DNA from: Selaginella moellendorffii
Lineage: Eukaryota > Plantae > Lycopodiophyta
Length of the DNA stretch: 64,000 nt
Assembly: GCF_000143415.4 (NCBI RefSeq)
Contig: NW_003314387.1
Span: 248,001-312,000, forward strand
Direction: 5' to 3'
Shown: positions 46,170 through 60,800 of the stretch, piece after piece
Layout of the letters: each line of letters starts with the position of its first letter
How positions within the stretch are numbered: position 1 is the stretch's first letter
Notes under the pieces: model-generated
What the model was told of the DNA's origin: nothing
The model's database searches: none
Seen by the model: the letters and a program-made list of their open reading frames with translations, nothing else
Translations under genes and position numbers: made by a program

Positions 46170-49100
46170 CAGAAGACGATCTCGGTGATGGCATGCTCAC
46201 CAATGGAGCATCGTAACGCGGCGATGATTAGTTGGACCTGTCCTCTAGGCTGGAGATCATGACGCACAGCCATTCGAAGGTTGCCAAAACTCTTGGGCAT
46301 CGGTAAACCGATGTCCAGGGTCGTGTCCTGTCTCTGCTCCGCTCAATAGCTCGCGTTCCAGCTTGCAGAGTGTGCCGCTCAGCGTTCGTGTTCTTCCTTG
46401 GCAGTCTGCAGCACTCTGTGCGATCGTAACAAGGCTGCATTGCGAGTCACGCGAGGTGCAAGTTCCTCCTCCAAAACTATTATCGTTCCAAGCGAGAGAC
46501 ACATTCCAGGATCCGTTCTTTCTGGGCTAGATCGACCACTGTCTTTTTTGTCTCTCGAGCCTGCGGGAGGGAGAAAGAAGGAATTTCCAATATCGCGAAC
46601 ATCGCCTACACTTGAAAGTGTTTTTAGGTGGTTCTCTGGCCGTGGATTCGAACCTGTGACCTTGCCAATAAATTTCTTTATTCTAGCCAGATATCCGGCC
46701 AACAGGTTCCCGTCCAAATTAAACATTAATAGCTTGTTAACGTGTTTCGCTTGTTTTTTATTTTGAATGAATGGCACGCTCTTTTTTCGTATCAATCACG
46801 TGGGCAAGGTCGCGCGAATTCCAAGCCTCTCTTCTTGGTTCCAGGTTTTTTTCTGGAGCAAAACTTGTTTCTCGGAACAAGAAAAGTTTCTGGAAAATGA
46901 GCAAGTTTGATTTGATCCATGCACCCTCTTGAAGAACAGAGTTGAGAGGCATCTGGAAATGTCAAGAGTGCTGGAGGTTCGGGTATTTGTTTGTTTCTCT
47001 CTTCTTTGCAAGATCAAATCCTCTGGCCATGTTCAAAACCATGAAATTAAATACTCACTCCCGAAAACACCAGAGGCACATCCCTGATTTGGTGCAACTG
47101 ATTAGACTCAGAACCTGAAGGTTGATGCATCAGCGATTCCTTTGTAGCCTGTGAGAGCCTTGATCGAGCGTCGGGTGAGAGCAAAGAAGAAGCATGACAA
47201 GCGGTGGAATGATACAACACAATGATCTGCAAGGACCCACGTCAAGCCACTGCGAGAAACTAGAGAGAAGAAAGGCTACGCTCTCGCTCAGCTCCACTCT
47301 TTCTTACATGAGATTGCCACAAGCCCGGCAGTCAAACGCTGCTCGAAAGTGTGGAGCCGCGTATCGTTATCCAGGTCGTCAGTAGTCCTGGGCCATTTGC
47401 TATTTTGACAAAGCATGTAGGAGGAGCTAGTGGTGGATTCACGAATTCTTTTCGGAGTATTCACATTAATTTTTCGTGGAGCCTTTTGTCTAAGTTAACT
47501 TAAGTTTGTTATGCTTGTTGAACTTCTACTTCAATCACTGCTATATGCCACACTTTCGGCCTCACGAGTCACGGAACCGCTCGGCATATTTATGCTCGCT
47601 GCCGTATTTCGACGAGATGTCTGTCAAGTCGGGATTTGCTGGAACTCGCTTCCTCAGAGTGGATCCGGCAAGCAAGCGCTGCTTATTCTCGTTGGTCGGA
47701 AAAAGTCAATGTGCGTCCATGGCAGTCCAAGGAATGGCGCTTTGCGTGATGATGGTAAATAAAAAAGAAAAGAAAAGATCCCAGCCACCAAGGAACCATA
47801 GCTTTTGTGAAAACTTTCTCTTGTTTCACCATCGCTCCTAGAAATCTTGCTACTGCTGCTGGATCAGTGGCAATTGGCTCGTCCAAACCTGTTGGCGTTC
47901 ATACGAGCAATGCTGAGACGCGTTCCAGGATGACTTTAAAGCAAAAGGAAGAGTCTGGGCTAGATCGACACACTGACCATGATCGTCGTGGCTGCTGCTG
48001 CTGCTCAGCACTCCAGCTCCAAGATGCCACTGACACAAAAAAAAATTCCATAAAGACCCGCAAGCGAAGTAAAATTTAATTGGGTCTCTGGCTGTGGATT
48101 CGAACCTATGACCTTGCCAATAATTGTTTTTATTCTAGCCCACAAGTTCCCGTCCAAATTATGCATTAATAGCTTGTTAACGTGTTTGTTACTTTGTATC
48201 AATCGCGTGCAAATTCTGGGCATGGCGCTCAGCTCGCACGCGAATGTTTCCCATAAGTTTGATTTGATCCAGGCACCTTCTTCAAGAGCACCGGTGCGTC
48301 CTGCCCAAGAGATTCGAGTTGCAAGGCATCTGGAAATGTCAAGAGTGCTGAAGGTTGGGGTCGTTGTTTTTCTCTTCTTCGCAAGATGAAACCCTCGGGG
48401 AGCTCAATTCATCAAGACACCACCCAAAAGCTTCCAGTTTGATGCTTGTTCCTATAGAAAAACCATGTTCAAAACCATGAAACAAAACAGAACACCTTTG
48501 AGTTGGTGCAACTAACTTAACTCAGAACCTAAAGCTTGTTGCATCAGTGATATCCACTGTAGTCTAGTCCCGAGTACGTTGTGAGAGCCTTGATCGAGCA
48601 TCAGGTTAGAGCAAACAACTCCTCAAGCGCTGCTTGCAGGTTTAGACTCTGCATAGCTGATGGCTGACAAAAGAAGAAGCATGGCAAACGAGGGGATGAT
48701 ACAACACAAGGATCTGCGAGGTTCGAAGAAGTCCCTGAACTGCTCCTGGGTACGTTAAGCGACTGCGAGCTTGGTAAGGGACAAGGAGAAGCTTTAAAAC
48801 GTGACTCCACTAGCCTAGTCACACCCATAAGCTTACGCGAAGCAATGCACTCGACACATCGCTTGGCGAAAATCGAAAAGTGGCGAAGATGAGGAACGAA
48901 GCTCAAGACAGTCTCTTGTGCGTTCTTGAGCGATCTGGACAAGAGTATAAGCAAAAGAGCGCGACAAGAACCATACATACCGCTTTAAATCACAAAAACA
49001 ATGCTTGTGATGCTTGCTTTGCGAGGTATTGTTTGAAGGCTTGTCTTGGTTTGAGCCAGACCGGATCATCCAGCCAAGCGCGGGAGACAAGCGCTGCTCG

Positions 49101-49500
49101 GGTGAGGAGCTTCCTTGTTGGAATGCGAGCGAAAGTGTGGAGCAGCGTATCGTTATCCAGGTCGCCAATGGTGGCAGCGTCCTCTGCTATCGCTGTCCTT
49201 GCGCCATTTGCTATTTTGACGAAGCTTACGTGTAGTTAACGAATGGTTCCATCGCATTGTTCTTGACGGGGAGGAGACGCTGCTCCGATCGTCATAGATT
49301 CCTCGCGAATTTCGTCATGGAAATGTATGGAGAGTGCGGGCGCGCCGCGGATGCCTTGGGTGTCCTCCACAAAATGGAAGATGGAAATGTTTTCTTCTGG
49401 AACGCATTTGCCCACAGCAGGCAAATGGCAGAAGTTCTGGTGCTCTTTCGGCAAATGCTCGTCGATCGAATTCTTGCAGCTATCAATGGCGATGTGGAGA
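46170..49500. repeat. Mosaic repeat array 1 (fragments of F-box, PPR and YbeY-HAD genes plus a tRNA T-arm-like motif)
   Basis: Blocks recur within the array and at 57900-62105. F-box pieces on minus (e.g. 48870-49210), PPR-2642 pieces on plus (47580-47690, 49240-49490), and a HAD intron/exon junction at 46905 and 48255. Confidence 0.85.
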
Positions 49501-50630
49501 TCCATGCGCGACAAACACCGGTGAGAAACACATGGTGAGAAACACCGGGAACCTCGACTTAAGTTGGCAGAAGGCCTGCTCCAGGCCTGGTTGAAAGACT
49601 ACTGCTGGAGGGTAAGTATGGACACATCAACCACGGCCTTTGGAGGAGGCGATACCCCTGCTGTCTGATCTCCTCGCGATCCTGGAGCTGTCCAGAGCGT
49701 CGATCTCGAGAAAATAACACGTCACCATCTTTGGCTTGTCGTTGTAGTAATTGGAGCTTGGGGTGGCGATTGGGATGTGGCGCCGATCAGGCTGGGATGC
49801 CAGTCTCGAGCTCACACGGCAATGTGTGTCGTGGAACTCGATCGTCACGGCATCTGTGGAATATCTTGATCCAGGCGCTTGCCCAAAACGGCCATGGAAG
49901 TGATACTGTTCGGTTTGGATCTCGAGGTTGTCAACTCCTGCAAAGCATGCCTTTCTGTCACACTGGTTTGTGCTTAGATGTTTCAAGTGCTCGCCAAATA
50001 TTACTATCTCACTATTAACGACAATTGCATCGACATCGAGCTTAAGCTTAATATTATATCGCAGATCGTTCAGCATCACACAGCCTGCGTACTTACGCAA
50101 CAATAGTTCGGCGGATTCAATGGTGTTTACTCAAGTGAATTTCGGAAGATGGAAGCAAGCACCAACTTCAGTTTCCTTGCTTTCTAGCTTGGCTTTGTGT
50201 TCCTGCGATTTATCACAGACAGCGCAGTGTGTAGGAAATGTACAATGAGAAACAAGTGGACAAGGAATCGTGAAGCATTTTCGCTCGTCCACATTTTCTA
50301 GCTTCCCGCAGAATGAAAATGTGAGTGCTTAGAAGAGAGCGTTCTTTCCGGTAAGAAAATGAAACATGTTTACGTTGTAAGCGTGTTTCCACTAACTCTA
50401 AATGCTGCAATCTTAGATGATCTTCCACTTGAGCAAGTGGACATGTGCGGAGTATGTACTTCCTTCCCCGTTTTCGACCTGGACAGTAGATCAATCAAAG
50501 GCACATGGACTGCATGTGTAGTCGTGTAAGACAATCAGACTAGGCATTTAAGTTAGTAATGAAGACTAATAAAAAGAATGGAGCACCTTACCTTTAAAAA
50601 CTTCCAAGGGCGTGTGACAGTACTGCAAAA

Positions 50631-52419
50631 ATGGGACGAGTACAGATTTTGCTAGTGGCAGCGGTGCTTTGTATCGGAGCTTTGGCACAGGGATCTCCGA
50701 TCCAATGCAATCCTGGAAGCAAAAGTTGCACAGTCAATAACTATCAGGGCATATGGACTGATCGGGAACCTTGCGAGGTAGAGTCTGTAGCGTACCCAAC
50801 GAACGAGAAGGAGCTTATTGCCGCAGTCGCTGGCGCTGTGGAACGGGGGCAGAGCATCAAAGTAGTGAGTAAGTATGCTCACAGTCTTCCAAAGGTTGCC
50901 TGTCCGCGAGGAAAATCAGGCCTTCTCATCAGCACCAGCAAATACGATTCCACTATCTTGATCGACAAAGCCGCCGAGACTGTTACTGTTGACGCCGGTG
51001 TTGAACTTCAGTACTTGTTTGCTAAGCTTGCAGAGGACGGGCTCGCCTTTCCACCTTCGCCGTCTTTCAATGGCATCTCCGTTGCGGGTGCCATAAGCAC
51101 TGGAGCTCACGGTAGCGGTCTCCATGGTCGAGGAGGTGCCCTGCACGAGTACGTAGTAGGGATTAGTCTTGTTGTCCCTGCCAAGAAAGAGGAAGGCTAT
51201 GCCAAGGTGGTCAAGCTTACGTCGTCGGATGAAGACTTGAACGCGGCAAAGCTATCAATTGGTGTGCTTGGAGCCATTTCCCAAGTGACTTTTGCAGTGG
51301 AACCGATGTTCAAGCGCTCGGTTACAAAGCAAATGAGGAATGACACCACTCTCGAAGACGATATCCTGGAGCTGGCTCACAAGTACGACTTTGGTGAGAT
51401 CAACTGGCATATAAATCAAGGTAAGACCATTGCTACATACAGTAAGAAAGTCCCGGTCACCACGCCTGGCGAAGGCCGCAACATCAACTACACTCCTCGA
51501 CTGGCATCTTCTATCACATTCTGGAGAGGAGTTGGTTAGTATTCCGAGATTTCTACTTATTCACTTGATCTTACCCAGAGCTTGCTGATCTGCAGCTGAG
51601 AAGAGAGAGGCCGCATTCAACAGATCCGAAGTTTGTGAAACGAGCCTTGACAACGTCCGTAACAGAGTCGCCACAGGGGATGGTTACGTGAATGAAAATG
51701 GTACATTCAAAGGTTACCCCGTGGTAGGATACAATCACCTGATGGAAACAGGAGGGGGGTGTCAAAACAAGAGCATCTCACCACAAGGTGACAAGTTTAC
51801 CTGTCCATGGGATCCCGAGCTGCCAGCCCACGTCTTCTTCGAGACCGCAATCTCCATACCTTTCACTAAAATCAACCAAGCCATCAAAGATATCAAAAGT
51901 TTGCGAGATAAAAATCCAGACAAGCTGTGCGTGCTCAACATGTACGGAGGCACCATTTTCAGATTTGTTCGAGGTTCAAGTGCTTACCTTGCAAGTCCTC
52001 AGGATTCAGTGCAGTTCGATATGCTCTTATACAGGGACAGAAAGAGCAACACTCCAACTCTAGATGAAGATTCCATGGAAGAGATCAAGCAGCTGCTACT
52101 GAAGAAATACAATGGAAGGCCACACTGGGGGAAAAACCAGGACGCTGCGTTTGAGAACATGGGAGCCAGAGTGACAAGCCTTGCCAAGTTTCTCAGAGTC
52201 AAGAGACGGATGGACCCTCACGGCTATTTCTCAAGTGAATGGTCTGACGCGGTGCTGGGCATTAAAGGAGGCAGGAAGGTGTCAATCAAGAGGAAATATT
52301 GCGGCCTCGAAGGACTATGCGTCTGCAGCGAAGATAGCCATTGTGCCCCTGAACAGAACTTCTTTTGCAGGCCCGGAGTGTTCTTCAAAGCCGCCAGAGT
52401 CTGCCGAACAAGCTCGTAA
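50631..52419 (+). CDS. L-gulonolactone oxidase-like FAD oxidoreductase (secreted, GULLO family), 2 exons
   Basis: Signal peptide, YAHSLPKVACP, AGAISTGAHGS, LSIGVLGAISQVT, GYPVVGYNH, CPWDP, GRPHWGKN, DPHGYFSSEWSD, CGLEGLCVCSEDSHCAP. Intron at 51535-51595. Confidence 0.93.
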
Positions 52420-52998
52420 GTGACAGCAGCGATAGAAATAAAACGAGCATGAATGGAAAACAATGCAGAATGAAAAGAGCGTCATACCAGCTTTGTAGAT
52501 CGACACAAGGCGTTCAACAGTGTAACGAACTTCCGGAAGCAAATCTTCGTTTCTGCCACCAATGCCTATAACAGCTCAAATGTGATTTACATACCCAGCC
52601 GCGCGAGAACAGTCTACCTGGATCGCGGTAAGATCAATGAAAAAATGTAATAGGCAAAAGAACAGCAGATAGAATGAAAAGAAGGAAGACCACGCTCGGC
52701 CGACGTCGAAGCGCTAATGGCCTTCCCATTTCAATCTTGGATGGATTCATACCTCTCGCGGAAGCTCCTAAATGGAAAGAGACAGTAAAAAACCCTAAAG
52801 AGTTTTACTGACGTGGTAAGAAATGTGGCTGGAGTTTTTTTTCCAATAAACATTATTATTATAGTTGTTTATATGTGGATCTAAACCCCCCAGGGTCCAA
52901 GACATTTGGGATTATTTCGTGGTGGTATGCCCAAAAATTTTTAATACAAGTTATCGTTTTACATTGTAAACTCTAAAATACCTTGCGTCTCATGCATT

Positions 52999-53078
52999 GA
53001 CGGCTTGGCCGAGTGGTCTAAGGCGTTGGATTTAGGCTCCAATCCGTTAGGGCGTGGGTTCAAATCCCACAGCCGTCA
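52999..53078 (+). tRNA. tRNA-Leu(TAG)
   Basis: GACGGCTTGGCCGAGTGGTCTAAGGCGTTGGATTTAGGCTCCAATCCGTTAGGGCGTGGGTTCAAATCCCACAGCCGTCA. Long variable arm; a T6 terminator follows. Confidence 0.95.
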
Positions 53079-53113
53079 TGAATCTTTTTTAGAATTTTTC
53101 TCTTATAACATCA

Positions 53114-54245
<1,132 letters not shown>

Positions 54246-55055
54246 TCACTGACAAGGCAAGCGACACACTTGCAAAGAGCTCAATGCTGATGTTTTGTGA
54301 CGAACAGCAGTGGCAATGGTCCTTTTATACTGCCTGATTGATTGATTCCTCGGAGTATAACGTCTCTGCGACACACACCGACATGGCCAAAGCTAGAGCT
54401 TTGACAGTGTCAAAGAGTTTACTGGATGCCATATCTGGTCGCTCGCGCTAGCACGCTCACAATATATCAATTTGCCGTGTGAGACAGCTATATGAGATTG
54501 ACAATGCAGACGAAGAAGACTAAAGGGTTTCGTTTCCAAACCGTTTGATGGATGCAGAGAACGCGACCATATCGAAGACTTTCTTCGCTTTAATTAAATT
54601 CGAGGAAGAAGTAGAAATGCGCGTTTAGGCATTGAATGCGTTTCGTTGATGCGTCCCTGTCAGTTTGGTTTTGTTCTCATCCTCGAAAAGTCAAACATGT
54701 CAAGCGCAAAAACCCTAATTTCGTAAACTTGAGCGCGGCAAAACAGCGAGCATGAGCCCTAATCACGTGTGATAAAAAGTAGTCCCTACCTGTCAACCAA
54801 ATAGACACTCATCCTTGGTGCTTCACAAAAAATTGAAATTCATTTAAACAACTTGGACGATGCAATGCCACCCTCTCATTAGGTAAGTGGTTCAAACGTG
54901 CCCACCACTCAGAGCACAGCACGTGTCCTACATGTTGTCGCTATGACCGAGGCATATTCTGGTGAATATTCTCCTGGATCTTTTCGTGTGTGGAGCTTTT
55001 AAAGGCACTTCCTTACAGTTGGGATTTTAGGGCTCTTTATTCAGTTCTCTGAGCT

Positions 55056-57227
55056 ATGGCGCTAGCTCGTAGCGTCTTGCCCGGCACCAAGGCGTCGTCC
55101 AGGATCTCCGGCATTGGATATTTCAATCTGAGGCAGTGGCAACGGTCGAGCAGCGTCGCGTTTACGCGATCTTGGGCTCCGATTAAGTGGTCGCTCCAGC
55201 AAAGATGCTCCGCCAGTGGTTTTCTTGTGAGTGATAGGAAGAGCTCTCAGTTTCTAGTAAAATGTGTATCTACGGTGGCTCCCGAGAAGGAGCTGGAGAT
55301 CAGCACACCTGTTATAGCGGAAGAATCGCTGGCGATGACACCAGAGATCCAGGTAACTCGATCATCTTCTTTGTTTTTGAGCTTATGAAGCTTTTTCTTT
55401 CCAGGGTGCGATCAAAGAGCTTGAGAAGGACGCACGTCTGGCTGTGGAACTCGCAATCAAAGGCTATGAAGCGGCCGAATCGGCTGAAACCACTGAGCTT
55501 TCAGTGACCATTTGCGATGACAAGTATATACAAAAGCTGAACAAGGAGTGGCTCGGCAAGGATCGTCCCACCGATGTGTTGTCATTCCCTCAAGATCAGC
55601 CAGCGGGAGAATCGCCTCTTGTAAGTTCCTCCGAATTGTCATTCTTTGACCATTTCAATTTTCGCTTTTGCAGCTGTTGCTGGGAGACGTAGTCATTTCT
55701 GTAGAGACTGCTGCTCGTCAAGCACAAGAAAGAAATCATTCTCTTCTCGATGAAATGAGGATTTTACTGGTATGCTTTGGAATTCATCTTTCATAGCAAC
55801 TTTTTCTTTTTGCCACTAAAACAAATAACGATGACAGGTTCATGGCTTGCTTCATGTTCTGGGACACGATCACGAGCTGGGAGTCAAAGAGTCCGAGGCC
55901 ATGGCAAAAAAAGAGATGGAGATTCTAAGCAGTCTCGGATGGACAGGCAAAGGACTAATCTCCGCGTCTCAATCCGAGCCGGCAGCCGATACAAACGAAT
56001 CCAAGAGTTAGATTCAGTCTTTTGAGTTTGGCGGATGTTGATTGAGATTTTTGTTGCAGCTAAATCTGTTCCTCGAAAGAAGAAAAGATCCCCGTTTAAG
56101 ATCTTGTTCTGTGACATGGATGGTACGATACATTTGCTTCTACGATGACTTGTTTCATCTTAAGTTTGATTTGATCCAGGCACCCTCTTGAACAGCAGAA
56201 GCCAAGTATCGAGGAAGACCGCTGATGCTCTCAAAGCAGCGGTAGGAATCGGTGTGCAAGTAATCATAGCTACTGGAAAGGTATGTTACCTTGCTTCAAG
56301 GTTTTGGCTTAGCTCCTGAAATACATTCTTATTGCAGACTAGACAAGCAACCATGAAAGCACTTCGACCAGTTGGACTAGAAGGCCAGGGTGGTGTTCTC
56401 TCAAGCACCACACCTGGTGTCTTTATCCAGGTAATTTTGCTTCGGTAGGACTGTTTAACTTGAGAAAAGGTTATCTCTAACGCGTTACGATAATTATCCA
56501 GGGATTGCTAGTGTTTGGAGAAGGAGGTGCCGTTGTTCATAGAGGAGTGCTGCCTCTGGACTATTGCACCAAAGTAAGGAATCTCATTGACTCTTTATCC
56601 GGTGGTAAAAGATCTCTACATGTCTCAGGCCTTTCAATATTCGCTAGAGCACAACATTCCCGCAGTTGGATTTTGTGGAGACCGCATTGTGGCCTCGTTT
56701 GACCATCCGTTCCTCGATCATTTGCACGAGGATTACTTCGAGCCTAGAGTAAGTAACTCTCGAGTGTTCTAGCTACTTGATCTTAGAATCGAAGCTCACA
56801 ACTCTGGTCATCGTCGCAGGGGGAAGTTTTAAAGTCTATAGACGAGCTGGAGAAGCACAAAGTCCAGAAGCTATTGTTTTTCGAGGAGCAGGAAAGGATC
56901 GACCGGATTCTCAGGCCGGAATGGCAGGCGATAACGCAGGGCCATGCGACGCTCGTCCAGGCGCAGCGAGACATGCTGGAGATCCTCCCCGAGGGTGCCT
57001 CCAAGGGCGCGGGAGTGAAGCTACTGCTCCAACACATGGACGTTGATCCGGACGAGGTGATGGCGATTGGAGACGGCGAGAACGACATCGAGATGCTAGA
57101 GATGGTTGGATGGGGAGTTGCCATGGGCAACGGAGCTCCAAAAACTCTGGAAGTCGCCGACGTTACTGTGGCTACCAATGACAAGGATGGAGTGGCTGAA
57201 GCGCTGGAACGTTTCATCCTTCCATGA
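55056..57227 (+). CDS. YBEY: Plastid YbeY endoribonuclease-HAD (Cof-like) fusion, multi-exon
   Basis: Transit peptide. YbeY motifs [34 protein letters not shown] and [15 protein letters not shown] motifs FCDMDGTLLN, IATGK, SKGAG and [13 protein letters not shown]. Confidence 0.92.
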
Positions 57228-57419
57228 TAAAGCATCGCCTATACAAGATAAACTCGATGGAGCTATAACAGCATCAACAACAAGAACTAGCTATATACTT
57301 GTGGATCTGGAACTTTGACAGGAAACAGCATCAGGCTGGAAACAGTCGATCATCTCCTCTCCACCCAACAGATCGACGATACAGCTTTAAGATAAAAGAT
57401 TTTAGAGACAAGTTATAGC

Positions 57420-57780
57420 GCTCAATGCACAACTACGCATGAGACATATGAATGCAAAAATGCTTTTGTCAAAAGAGAAAATGCAAATGGTCAAGAGTGA
57501 CAATTCGGAGGAACTTACAAGAGGCAATTCTCCCGCTAGCTGATCTCGAGGGAATGACAACACATCGGTGGGACGATCCTTGCCGAGCCACTCCTTGTTC
57601 AGCGTTTGTATATACTTGTCATCGCAAATGGTCAATAAGAGTCCTATGTTTTCATCGCTTTGATTGCGAGTTCCACAGCCAAACGTGCATCCTTCTCAAG
57701 CTCTTTGATCGCATCCTGGAAAGAAAATAAAAAAATTCCATAAGCTCTAGATGATCGACTTTACCTCAATCTCCGGTGAA
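57420..57780 (-). pseudogene. Inverted duplicate of YbeY exons and introns (about 55340-55680)
   Basis: [28 protein letters not shown] plus retained intron sequence. Confidence 0.9.
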
Positions 57781-57899
57781 TGATACGTCTTGCCATTGCA
57801 AGTCCTTTCGCTTCCTTGGATTTAGATCCCTCACGCTCGAGAAGATACTTTGTCATTAACGTATGATCAAATTCATAGAACCCTTAGCAGTTTAGTATA

Positions 57900-60800
57900 A
57901 ACCCTTAAATCTGCATTGCGAGTCACGCGGGCTGCAAGTTTCAGCTCCTCTCCTCGTCCAAGAGCAATGTTGAGACGCGTTCCAGGATGACTTTAAAGCA
58001 AAAGGAAGAGTCTCGGCTAAATGGACACACTGACCATGGTCATCGTGGCTGCTGCTGCTGCTCAAGCACTCCAGCTCCAAGATGCCACTGACACATCCAA
58101 TTCCATAAAGACCCACCCGTCCACATACGGGCCCGGCAAATTCTTGAAGGGAGGGAGAAAGAGAGATGATTCTCGCTCAAAACCCCGGGCTACACTCAAA
58201 AAAGTCAAGTTTAATTGGGTATCTGGCTGTGGATTCGAACCTGTGACCTTGCCAATAAATTTCTTTATTCTAGCCAGATATCCGGCCAACAGGTTCCCGT
58301 CCAAATTAAACATTAATAGCTTGTTAACGTGTTTGTTACTTTCGCATTTTTGAATGAATCGTTTCTTGTTTTGTATAATCGCGTGCAAATTCTGGGCATG
58401 GTGCTCAGCTCGCTCAAACTAATGTTTCCCATTAGTTTGATTTGAGCCAGGCACCCTCTTCAAGAGCACCGGTGCGTTCTGCCCAAGAGATTCGAGTTGC
58501 AAGGCATTTGGAAATGTCAAGAGTGCTGGAGGTTCGGGTAGTTGTTTCTCTCTTCTTCGCAAGATCAAATCCTCGGGGAGCTTAATCCTTCAAGACACCA
58601 CCCAGGGCTTCCAGTTTGATGCTTGTTCATAAAGAAAAACCGTGTTCAAAACCATGAAACAAAACAGAACATCCTTGAGTTGGTGCAACTAACTTGGACT
58701 CAGAACCTGAAGCTTGTTGCATCAGTGATTCCTTTGTTATCCACTGTAGTCTAGTCCCGAGTACGTTGTGAGAGCCTTGATCGAGCATCAGCAAGCAATT
58801 CCTCAAGTTTCAGAAGAGCCTATGCTAATCACAGACTGCTTGCAGGTTTAGACTCTGCATAGCTGATGGCTGACAAAAGAAGAAGAAGCATGGCAAGGGA
58901 GGGGATGATACAACACAAGGATCTGTGAGGTTCGAAGAAGTCCCTGAACTGCTCCTGGGTACGTTAAGCCACTGCAGGCGTGGTAAGAGCCAAGGAGAAG
59001 CTTTAAAGCGTGACTAGTCATATCCACAAGCTTACGAGAACGCAATGCACTCGACACATCGCTCGGTGAAAATCGAAAGGTGGCGAAGATGAGGAATGAA
59101 GCTCAAGACAGTCTCTTGTGCGTTCTTGAGCGATCTGGACAAGAGTATAAGCAAAAGAGCGCGACAAGAACCATACATACCGCCTTAAATTATAAAAGCA
59201 ATGCTTGTGATGCTTGGGTTGTGAGGTATAGTTTGAAGGCGTGTCTTGGTTTGAGCCAGACCGGATCATCCAGCCACCGAGACAAGTTTTTCAAATATTA
59301 AGAGAAGAAAGACCACGCTCTCGCTCAGCTCCACTCTTACTTACATGAGATTGGCACAAGCGCGGCAGACAAGCGCTGCTCGGGTGAGGAGCTTCCTTGC
59401 TGGAATGTGATCGAAAGTGCAGAGCAGCGTATCGTTATCCAGGTCGCCAATGGTGGCAGCGTCCTCGCCATCGCCGTCCTTGCGCCATTTGCTATTTTGA
59501 AGAAGCTTCTGGTTCCACCCGATGTAACCAGGGTCTGTCCAGTTCTTGGCTATGATCCCCAGTCGCAGAAGAAGATCTCGGTGATGGCATGCCCACCAAT
59601 GGAGCATCGTAACGCGGCGATGACTAGTTGGACCTGTCCTCTGGAAGACGCACAGCCATTCGAAGGTCGGCTAAACCGATGTCCAGGGTCGTGTGGTGTC
59701 GGTGTCTCTGCCCTGCTCAATAGCTCGCGTTCCAGCTTGCAGAGTGTGCCGCTAAGCGTTCGTGTTCTTGCAGCACTCTGTGTGATCGTAACAAGGCTGG
59801 ATTGCGAGTCACGCGAGGTGCAAGTTCCTCCTCCAAAACTATTATCTATCGTTCCACATTCCAGGACCCTTTCTTATCGACCACTGTCTTTTTTGTCTCT
59901 CGAGGGAGAAAGAGGGAGAAATTCCAATATCGCGGAGAAACTCCAACATCGCCTACACTTGAAAAAAAAATTATTTTAGTTGGTTCTCTGGCTGTGGGTT
60001 CGAACCTGTGACCTTGCCAATAATTGTTTTTATTCTAGCCAGATATCCGGCCAACAGGTTCCCGTCCATATTATACATTAATAGCTTGTTAACGTGTTTG
60101 TTACTTTCACATTACGCTTGCTTTTGAATGAATGGTGCAAATTCTTCGTGGTTCCAGGATTATTTTTTGGCCCAAAATTCGTTTCTCGGAACAAGAAAAG
60201 TTTCTGGAAGAGGGAGTTTGATTTGATCCACGCACCCTCTTGAACAGCAGAGTTGAGAGGCCTGGAAATGTCAAGAGTCCTGGAGGTTCGGGTATTTGTT
60301 TGTTTCTCTCTTCTTTGCAAGATCAAATCCTCCATGTTGAAAACCATGAAATTAAATACTCACTCCCAAAAACACCAGAGGACAATGGACCACCCCTGAT
60401 TTGGTGCAACTGATTAGACTCTGGAACCTGAAGCTTGTGGCATCAGTGATTCCTTTGTTATTCAGCCTGTGAGAGCGTTTGGTCGAGCATCAGGTGAGAG
60501 CAAAGAAGAAGCACGACGAGCGGTGGAATGATACAACACAAGGATCTGCGAGGACCCACGTCAAGCCACTGCGAGCGTGGTAAGGAACAAAGAGAAGCTT
60601 TTAAGCGTGACTCCACTAGCCTAATGCTTACAAGAACGCAATGCACTTGACACATGGCTCGGTGAGAATCGAGGCCCAAAGGTGGCGAAGATGACGAATA
60701 ATGGAGCCAGTAGCTCTAGACAATCTCTTGAGTGATCTGGACAAGAGTATAAGCAAAAGAGCACGACAAGAACCATACATACTGCCTTTTACAAAAGCAA

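Noticed and set aside
46630-46740. Functional tRNA genes in the mosaic repeats
   Set aside because: Only a T-arm-like stretch is present; no acceptor, D or anticodon arms can be formed.
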